Shown here one piece after another: positions 16,770-23,506 of a DNA stretch of 32,000 nucleotides. How positions within the stretch are numbered: position 1 is the stretch's first letter; each line of letters begins with the position of its first letter. The notes under the pieces were generated by a model. The model was given only the letters and a program-made list of their open reading frames with translations, did no database searches and was not told the origin of the DNA. A program made the position numbers and the translations under genes. The stretch comes from Candidatus Kuenenia stuttgartensis (lineage in GTDB: Bacteria; Planctomycetota; Brocadiia; Brocadiales; Brocadiaceae): the NCBI RefSeq assembly GCF_900232105.1, contig NZ_LT934425.1, positions 2,670,001-2,702,000 of the forward strand. Reading direction: 5' to 3'.

Positions 16770-16792
16770 CCTTATTTTGTGATAAACTCACG
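16770..16792 (-). repeat. IS right terminal inverted repeat
   Basis: ccttattttgtgataaactcacg is the reverse complement of IRL with 1 mismatch. Confidence 0.85.
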
Positions 16793-17533
16793 CTAGAAGA
16801 ACCCATCATTGCTGTGGTTGACGCCGAAGGACTTTCAGTGGCAAGCCTTGAAAAAGGTATGCAACTTATGATGGAAGAAAGCGCACAAAGGGACAAGATG
16901 ATGGAAAAACAGTTCATCGCTTATGAACTGATGAAAAAGAGGGACGCAGCCTTCAACCCCGAACACCCGGAAAGGTTTTTAGACATTTCATTGATTCCGG
17001 ACATAAGAGAAGAGGATGGTGATGAAGATTATGAAGTCAGAGTTGTAGACCTCCGTTACGAGGAAATGGAAGAAGAGCCACCTGAACCGTGGGCTAGTTC
17101 CCTGCCGGAACTATGCGATTGGAATAAATTCACACATGAATCGTCCTTTGACGATTCGGAATTTTACCGCAAGGATTTTGAAGACGATCCGGTTTACAGT
17201 CTGCTTAAGCCTTTTGTACACAACCTTTTTAAATGCCTGAAACAGGACTATCTCCGTCAGGATAAAGAAAGCAAAAAAGAAGAACATCAAATGCGTTCTC
17301 CTCTGGAGCATTATTTAATACTTCTGGCCCTCAAGGCGCAGGTACGAATATCATCTTGTGAAGTATGGGTTGAAAGCGTTGGACACGAAGCGCCGAGAAA
17401 AGGGGTTTATCTGTTTGCGATGGAATGTCTGGGACGGATTGCTGAAGCCATAGAAAGATTCTCACCGGAACATCATTACCATCTTGCTACCGAAGCAGGA
17501 AATATCAAAAAACAGATTGAAAAAATATTTTAA
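16793..17533 (+). pseudogene. 3' part of the IS-interrupted acidic hypothetical gene
   Basis: Reading from cta at 16793 (LEEPIIAVVDAEG...) is in phase with codon cta at 14785. The TTG start listed at 16760 lies inside the IS right end. Confidence 0.7.
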
Positions 17534-17606
17534 TCGCAGAGGATAAGGAAATATCCGGTTTATTCTATTAAGCCAGTCAAAAACAAATGGTGAAATCCGA
17601 AATGCT

Positions 17607-17640
17607 AAATTTCAATCCTCCCCCCTACCCCCCTCCAAGC
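17607..17640. repeat. C-run element aaatttcaatcctcccccctacccccctccaagc
   Basis: Related to 12097-12145. Confidence 0.55.
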
Positions 17641-17675
17641 CTGATCATAATACGCGCTTAACACCGGGAGTGAAA

Positions 17676-17958
17676 ATGTTTATACTGTTCACTATGAGAA
17701 TATGTGGACAAGAATTTTCTATTGGAATCCTTGATCGAATAGGTACAGCGATTGCCGGGATGCCTGACATTTCCAGGCGGGCCCTGTCGTGGAAGGTGTG
17801 CGAGTGGCTCAACTGACGTTCCTCCAACGGTAAACTTCAGGAAGGGGAACTGCCGTAAGGCGCGGAACAAACTGCAGCAACAAGGCATACAGAGCCTTCC
17901 TGCGGCAGAGAGCATAGCCGGTTTTCAGCAGGCAAGGCAACGTTTGGACATGAAGTGA
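17676..17958 (+). pseudogene. degraded N-terminal remnant resembling DUF4338 (DruA-like) proteins
   Basis: MRICGQEFS...IAGMPDISRRALSWKVCEWLN, then TGA where Trp is expected, then RSSNGKLQEG. A frameshift follows into NCRKARNKLQQQGIQSLPAAE. The pattern matches my memory of DUF4338 N-termini (xFSxxxIxxIxxLIAxxPxxSRRxLSxxxCExLNWxxxNGxLKxMSCRxALLKLxxxGxIxLP). No body of the gene follows. Confidence 0.3.
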
Positions 17959-18190
17959 ACGAAAGCAACGATAGAGCGGATAAAAGAACATAATGTATGC
18001 CATTTTCAAACATATTCCTCTTCCTCATAAACAATTTTGTCCTTTCTCCGTCCCGCCCCTCCCTGAACCCACGGCGTTTGGAGTGGTTAAAGGTTAGCGT
18101 AAACGTGGAGGGAAGGGGTGGAGTGTAATCCAATACCAGTTGCCGAAGGTCTAATTTATTGTTACAAAATATTTTATTTAAAAGCAATAC

Positions 18191-19999
18191 GTGAATATGC
18201 AAAATAAAGACTATTTCAGCAAAGACAGGACGCCAACGAGGGGTTTTAACAGGGTTGTGATAAGAAAACTGTTTTCTTATATTTTACGCTATAAGGCATT
18301 GGGCATATTATCGCTCTTCATTGTTATTGCAGGTACAATTCTTTTTTTAATGGGACCGTATCTTTTTGGTTATACGATTGACCATGGTATTGTCAATGGG
18401 GATATATCGCTATTATACAAAATGGCAATTGCGTTGTTTGGAATAAAAACGGTACGGCTATTGTTAATAGTAATTCAGAGCTATAATTTACAAATGATTG
18501 GGCAAAAAGTAACAATGGATATGCGCATGGAACTCTTTCGCCACATCCACTCATTGCCGGTCTCGTTTTTCGACAAAAATCCTGTGGGCAGAATTGTTAC
18601 GCGGTTGACAAATGACATTGCTTCCATCAGCGAGCTTTTTTCTGTGGGCGTTATCACCGTAATAGGAGACCTGTTCATAATAGCAGGGATTATTGTCGCA
18701 ATGTTTCTCCTGGATGTACAGCTTGGGTTGTTGAGTCTTTTGGCATTTCCAATAATGATAATATTGGCATGCTGGTTCGGCGCCCGTATGAAAAACTCGT
18801 TTCGTGAAATACGCCGCAAACTTGCGCAGATAAACTCTTATCTAAATGAAAATATTACGGGGATGAAAGTGATTCAACTTTTCAACCGGGAAGGGAAGAA
18901 TTATAAGATATTTGGAGAAATCAGTGATGACAATTTGAAGGAACAATCAAAGTACATTACATACTTTGCAATTTTTCAGCCATCAATCCACATGGTGAGC
19001 GGCTTTACCATTGCCATTATTTTATGGTATGGAGGAATGAGATACCTGGATGGTGTTCTTACTTTGGGAGTTTTAGTGACATTTCTGACGTATGTTCAAA
19101 ATTTATTTGATCCGATAAGGGATATAATTGAAAAGTATAACATTTTTCAAGGGGCAATGGCTTCTTCAGAGCGTGTATTCGGTTTAATGGAAGAACAGCA
19201 GGAACCGGATTATAGTATTGCAAATCCCTACAGGGAAATCCCAAAAAAGGAATTTAAGGGAGATATAATCTTTCGTAATGTCTGGTTTGCTTATAACGAC
19301 AGCGATTTTGTATTGAAGAATATTTCCTTTCAGGTAAAACATGGCCAGTCTGTTGCGTTAGTAGGCGTAACCGGAAGCGGCAAAACGTCTATTGCCAATG
19401 TGTTGACACGGTTTTATGAAATTCAGAAGGGGGCGATTTTTATTGATGGGATTGATATTAAAAAAATTGAGAAGATTGGGTTGAGGTACATGATTGGATA
19501 TATCAGTCAGGATGTTTTTTTGTTTTCGGGCACGTTGCGGGAAAATATTACGTTGTTCAGGCATATGGAGGATTCCGAATTGTTGTCCATAATTAATTCT
19601 TTAGGTTTAATGCCGTTTATTAATCGAATGCAAGATGGATTGGATACGAAAATTTCAGAGCGGGGGGCAAATCTTTCGGTAGGGGAGCGGCAATTTATTT
19701 CACTATCAAGGATTATTCTGTACGACCCTCAAATTATCATTCTGGACGAGGCGACTTCCAGCATGGACCCCATTTCAGAAGTTTTTATCCAGGAAGCGAT
19801 GCATAAAATTACAAAAGGCAAAACATCTATTTTAATTGCACACCGGCTATCAACCATACTTCATTGTGATAAGATAATTGAATTAAACAGGGGAGAAATT
19901 ATAGAAGAGGGTACTCATGAGGAATTATTAAAAAAAGACAGCCTTTATCGTCAACTCTATAAACTCTCTTTAAAGGGAAAATTTGTGGAATCCCGGTGA
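18191..19999 (+). CDS. ABC transporter permease/ATP-binding fusion protein (MsbA/MdlB-type exporter half-transporter)
   Basis: Six-TM ABC_membrane region followed by Walker A GVTGSGKTS, signature LSVGERQ and Walker B IIILDEATS. The listed start is GTG 18191; ATG 18197 is more likely. Confidence 0.9.
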   Translation: MNMQNKDYFSKDRTPTRGFNRVVIRKLFSYILRYKALGILSLFIVIAGTILFLMGPYLFGYTIDHGIVNGDISLLYKMAIALFGIKTVRLLLIVIQSYNLQMIGQKVTMDMRMELFRHIHSLPVSFFDKNPVGRIVTRLTNDIASISELFSVGVITVIGDLFIIAGIIVAMFLLDVQLGLLSLLAFPIMIILACWFGARMKNSFREIRRKLAQINSYLNENITGMKVIQLFNREGKNYKIFGEISDDNLKEQSKYITYFAIFQPSIHMVSGFTIAIILWYGGMRYLDGVLTLGVLVTFLTYVQNLFDPIRDIIEKYNIFQGAMASSERVFGLMEEQQEPDYSIANPYREIPKKEFKGDIIFRNVWFAYNDSDFVLKNISFQVKHGQSVALVGVTGSGKTSIANVLTRFYEIQKGAIFIDGIDIKKIEKIGLRYMIGYISQDVFLFSGTLRENITLFRHMEDSELLSIINSLGLMPFINRMQDGLDTKISERGANLSVGERQFISLSRIILYDPQIIILDEATSSMDPISEVFIQEAMHKITKGKTSILIAHRLSTILHCDKIIELNRGEIIEEGTHEELLKKDSLYRQLYKLSLKGKFVESR

Positions 20000-20001
20000 A
20001 A

Positions 20002-20029
20002 GTAGAGATGCACGGCTGTGCATCTCTAC
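20002..20029. repeat. hairpin gtagagatgcac-ggct-gtgcatctctac (family copy b)
   Basis: 12-bp perfect stem starting 3 nt after the ABC transporter stop. No T tract follows. Confidence 0.7.
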
Positions 20030-20079
20030 AGCAAATTCCCCTATTGGGGAGGGGACAGGGGTGGGTAAAAATGGATACC

Positions 20080-20108
20080 GTTGGGTTTTTGTCTTTTAAA
20101 AACCCAAC
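20080..20108. repeat. AT-rich hairpin gttgggttttt-gtctttt-aaaaacccaac
   Basis: 11-bp perfect stem. The flanking aaacccaRcctaattta also occurs at about 31353-31372. Confidence 0.55.
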
Positions 20109-20142
20109 CTAATTTAATGATAAGTAAATTCAAGGTTGCAAT

Positions 20143-20171
20143 TGTAGAGCGACGAGCCTCGTCGCTCTACA
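20143..20171. repeat. hairpin tgtagagcgacga-gcc-tcgtcgctctaca (same family as 1950-1978)
   Basis: 13-bp perfect stem, ~90 nt downstream of the minus-strand PilX-like gene stop. Confidence 0.7.
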
Positions 20172-20259
20172 TTGAGAAAGCCGCCAAAGGCAGTCTAATT
20201 TAAATAACTAAGCATGGAGTCCCCGGAATTCCGTCCAACGTGATAATCATGAAAGGCCC

Positions 20260-21738
20260 TCAATTAATTTCGCTCCAGGAAATAATTTCATAGCCTAAAA
20301 CAGGATACCCTTCCAACCTTCCAAAAGCTTCATCGTAATGGAATTTTGCGTTTGAACGGCTCTTTATGTATTTTCCCCTGATTGCTCCCAGCGAATCGGA
20401 ATTTGAGCTAATGTCAATTGCAGCGTTAGGGGCATAGATAGCGCCGGTTATAGTAGAATTTGAGCTTATGCTGATCTTATAGTCACTGTTACTGGAAGAT
20501 GCGGCAGAAGAATATATCATAAGGTCTGTCGGCGCCCCCGGATTAACAATGGTATTGGATGAGATATCTAACTCGCCTGTAACATAAACAGCCAACGTTG
20601 AACCGCTACTCAATGTCAAACTGCTATTGCTAGCGTCTTCAAAGTCCCCGCTTACATAAAAAGTTACACTTCCATTTATGGTTAATGTTGAATTGGAATT
20701 GAGTTCAAAACTGTTGAAATGATAATTCCTGGTCTGTCCGGGACTTCCAAGAGAAAACGCATCGTTACTACTAAGGCTGAATGCCTTATTAGATGAATTA
20801 TAAGGATTGTTGGTGGAAAGATTGACTATCTCAGCATTGTTATTGCTGTCCACAATATCATCTGCTTCATCAAAAATAGTCGCGGTATCTAATGGGTCAC
20901 AATCGGTGGGTGGATTATTTTCGGTGGGGATTCCATAAATAACGGCATTAACGCCGGTGGTGTCCGGAGAGCCTCTATATCCGGTAAGATTTGCCGGGGT
21001 TCCCAGTCCCGTTACAGGAGAACCCGTTCCGGATGCCCCAACATATCTTGTTGCCCTGGCATTTCCATGTACCTGTGCATTGCCATCGACAGTTATATCG
21101 GCACCGGCATTGGCGGTACCTACATTTCCTTTATCCCTTGCCCATGCATTATTTTGGTTGTCCTTCCTGGTACCAACGGGAATTACCTGTGAATCATAAG
21201 TTCCAAGGTCAGAATCATAACTATCGGTAAAACCATTGCTTTCTATTGTTACACCGTCGCATCCCTCCAATGCCTTTGTGAAAGGAAGCGCATACACGAG
21301 GCGAACAACAGCTTCTATTTGCTTTATTGAAGACGAGCTGGAACCCGTTGATGTAATCAGAAAAAGGGGAGTGCCTCCGTCATCCGTCACAACACTGCTG
21401 TCAATAACCTGATGTGTTACGGTGAAACTATTGTTAAAACCGGTAGAAGAACCTGCAACGTTCCAATCCGGGTCTGTCTTTGCTCCATCATCTGATATGT
21501 TGCCATTCATTAATCGGCCAATTCCATCATATATCCCCGCCTCCGCCACATAGAATGCCTGGACGCTGGTCTTGTAATTTCCGCTTATTTTAATATCTGT
21601 TGTGGTTGTGTAAACAGCGACTGTGCTTACTATGGCTAAAATTGCTATTAATGCAAGAACAACAATAAGGACTAATCCCTTGTCCTGTCCACCCATCACG
21701 TTTAGAGAAAACTTTTTTTTGGATTGTTTTAATTCCAT
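20260..21738 (-). CDS. large PilX_N-domain pilus-associated protein with Ser/Asn/Thr/Gly-rich C-terminal region
   Basis: The N-terminus QDKGLVLIVVLALIAILAIVSTVAVYTTTTDIKISGNYKTSVQAFYVAEAG fits the PilX N-terminal domain pattern. The C-terminus has repeated ISSN/SSNS...GAIYAPNAAI motifs as in TadG/PilX-type tip proteins. Its ATG overlaps the upstream stop by 1 nt. Confidence 0.7.
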   Translation of the reverse strand: MELKQSKKKFSLNVMGGQDKGLVLIVVLALIAILAIVSTVAVYTTTTDIKISGNYKTSVQAFYVAEAGIYDGIGRLMNGNISDDGAKTDPDWNVAGSSTGFNNSFTVTHQVIDSSVVTDDGGTPLFLITSTGSSSSSIKQIEAVVRLVYALPFTKALEGCDGVTIESNGFTDSYDSDLGTYDSQVIPVGTRKDNQNNAWARDKGNVGTANAGADITVDGNAQVHGNARATRYVGASGTGSPVTGLGTPANLTGYRGSPDTTGVNAVIYGIPTENNPPTDCDPLDTATIFDEADDIVDSNNNAEIVNLSTNNPYNSSNKAFSLSSNDAFSLGSPGQTRNYHFNSFELNSNSTLTINGSVTFYVSGDFEDASNSSLTLSSGSTLAVYVTGELDISSNTIVNPGAPTDLMIYSSAASSSNSDYKISISSNSTITGAIYAPNAAIDISSNSDSLGAIRGKYIKSRSNAKFHYDEAFGRLEGYPVLGYEIISWSEIN

Positions 21739-22505
21739 TATTGATTTCTCAATTTAATAATTGATGTGAGAGTTCCGCGCCGATAACCGTCTCCGGAATA
21801 ATTTGGATCGATGTTAGCAGTACGTCCTGTTATAGCAATGGTAACGGTGTTTGTAGCTCCTGTGACGGTATTTGTACCGTATGTTAAACTAATAAATTCA
21901 ATATTTTCTGCAAGTGGCTGACTATTTCGATATATCTTTAAATTAGCCGTGTCATGACTAAAAGTAACATTTTCCACGGTACGAACGGTAGTACTCCCTG
22001 CAATGTATGAATACAATAAACCTGAGCTTAAATAAATCGGGTCTGGTTCACCTACCAGATGACTGGCGGAACTATCAGAAGGAATAACTTCTGTACGGTT
22101 TCCATCGGAAATATAGATATAATCAGTGCTTGCTATCGAATAATTACTATCTGGCGTTAAACTAACGAAAACTACGGTTGTTCCTGCATTGGCATTAGTA
22201 ACAAGGGTGGCGGCAATGTCGCTATCAATATCGCCCAGGAAAGTAATTGTGCTCGTGCCAGAAGTCCTGATTGTGCTTGTACCTGTTACCATACAACCAG
22301 CCATTCTGATCTCGCGGGTCATTATGTCCATGGCTGACCGGATATATTGCTGCATCTCACTTACCTGCTCCTGGACACTAAATGCCTTCCGCTGTGAAAT
22401 AAGTAACTTGACCGCTGTACTCAGAATAATAACAGTAAGGACAAGACCTACTAACAATTCAACTAACGTAAAGCCATATTCATTATCGTTGCGAAAAACT
22501 GACAT
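21738..22505 (-). CDS. PilW-like type IV minor pilin (prepilin-type N-terminal cleavage/methylation domain)
   Basis: NEYG|FTLVELLVGLVLTVIIL prepilin motif, followed by QEQVSEMQQYIRSAMDIMTREIRMAG as in the PilW family. Confidence 0.72.
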   Translation of the reverse strand: MSVFRNDNEYGFTLVELLVGLVLTVIILSTAVKLLISQRKAFSVQEQVSEMQQYIRSAMDIMTREIRMAGCMVTGTSTIRTSGTSTITFLGDIDSDIAATLVTNANAGTTVVFVSLTPDSNYSIASTDYIYISDGNRTEVIPSDSSASHLVGEPDPIYLSSGLLYSYIAGSTTVRTVENVTFSHDTANLKIYRNSQPLAENIEFISLTYGTNTVTGATNTVTIAITGRTANIDPNYSGDGYRRGTLTSIIKLRNQ

Positions 22506-22513
22506 TGGAATTC

Positions 22514-22885
22514 CTATTGTGTAAAAATAGTTTTTAATTGAACATTATGTACCGAAGTACTTGTTCCAGGATTCCAGTAGACGCTTACTGCTACGGTTTT
22601 TGTGTTTACGATAGGAGTGTCATTGCCAACAGTTACTTCCAGATAATAGTCAGGATTATTGTATATGGTGTATGTGCCGGTAATTTCATCATAATCCATA
22701 TTCCTGAAGTCCTCTAACTTATCCTGCGCTAAGGTTACAGCCGTAGTTGACTTGTTGCTGTGGGCATTCCCTTTTACTACTATGATGAGTACGCTCATTA
22801 CCGCAAATAATCCAATGGCAATGATTGCGATAGAAATCATTATTTCGATTAAAGAAAAACCTGCATTATCATGAGGATCGAGCAT
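22514..22885 (-). CDS. PilV-like type IV minor pilin
   Basis: DNAG|FSLIEIMISIAIIAIGLFAV prepilin motif. Small (123 aa), with the TTAVTLAQDKLEDFRN segment typical of PilV. Confidence 0.72.
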   Translation of the reverse strand: MLDPHDNAGFSLIEIMISIAIIAIGLFAVMSVLIIVVKGNAHSNKSTTAVTLAQDKLEDFRNMDYDEITGTYTIYNNPDYYLEVTVGNDTPIVNTKTVAVSVYWNPGTSTSVHNVQLKTIFTQ

Positions 22886-22905
22886 TTTTTTTATTTAAAA
22901 AAATA

Positions 22906-23364
22906 TTAATTAATTTTAACCCGGCCGGTACGTGCAATTGTAAGAGATTTTTTCCCATGAGGATTTTCCAGGGTTATGGTAATACCGAAAGGCCAGTGCA
23001 ATAAACCATTTGTGCCGAATATAGGATTTTGTGATGGGACAGGATTAAAGGTTATTCCGGGATATTTTCCATTTAAATCTTTTGTTATTATTTTTTCATT
23101 TAAATCTGCAGTTCCATTACTATTATCGTCATCTAAAATCTGATATTGGTACTCATTCAAAAAAATTATCCTGTATCTGTTGTTTTGACTGACTGCCTGC
23201 ATTCTTGCCCACATAAGATCTCCCATTACCTGTCTTGCCGCACCATTCAGCCTTATTTGCGGTTTCATATTATTATAAACAGGCACTGCTATCCCGGTGG
23301 CAATGCCCAGGATAGCCATGACAACGATCAGTTCGATAAGAGAAAACCCTTTTTGGTTTTGCAT
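22906..23364 (-). CDS. GspH/FimT-family pseudopilin / minor pilin
   Basis: MQNQKG|FSLIELIVVMAILGIA prepilin motif, then LNGAARQVMGDLMWARMQAVSQNNRYRIIF (GspH/FimT pattern). GAGGT lies 8 nt upstream of ATG 23364. The listed ORF extends to 23409. Confidence 0.75.
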   Translation of the reverse strand: MQNQKGFSLIELIVVMAILGIATGIAVPVYNNMKPQIRLNGAARQVMGDLMWARMQAVSQNNRYRIIFLNEYQYQILDDDNSNGTADLNEKIITKDLNGKYPGITFNPVPSQNPIFGTNGLLHWPFGITITLENPHGKKSLTIARTGRVKIN

Positions 23365-23402
23365 AATAATTACCTCAAGCGGGTTCAGGGTTGCAACCGG
23401 CA

Positions 23403-23472
23403 TCGGCAATCTACAATCAGCCGTCGGCAGATTGCAGATTGCCGATTGAGGACTGGAAACTGCCGACTAAGA
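23403..23472 (+). repeat. heptamer-periodic dispersed element, longest copy (10 units: tcggcaa tctacaa tcagccg tcggcag attgcag attgccg attgagg actggaa actgccg actaaga)
   Basis: Phased by hand. It lies between the secretin stop and the FimT-like start and is antisense to both. It also contains the 8-bp inverted pair gtcggcag/ctgccgac. Confidence 0.75.
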
Positions 23473-23506
23473 AAGCATGCTGAGAAGTTGCGAAAATCCT
23501 CGGCGC

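Larger units (their letters stand above)
14785..16796 (+). mobile_element. IS1634/IS4-superfamily insertion sequence (~2.0 kb) with 23-bp terminal inverted repeats, flanked by CTAG on both sides
   Basis: IRL 14789-14811 (cgtgagtttatcacgaaataagg) matches the reverse complement of 16770-16792 at 22/23. CTAG lies at 14785-14788 and 16793-16796. There is a single transposase ORF inside. Confidence 0.88.

Noticed and set aside
16760-16792. TTG 16760 as a genuine start of the 257-aa ORF
   Set aside because: These 11 codons are the IS right inverted repeat. The ORF is the 3' half of the interrupted gene.
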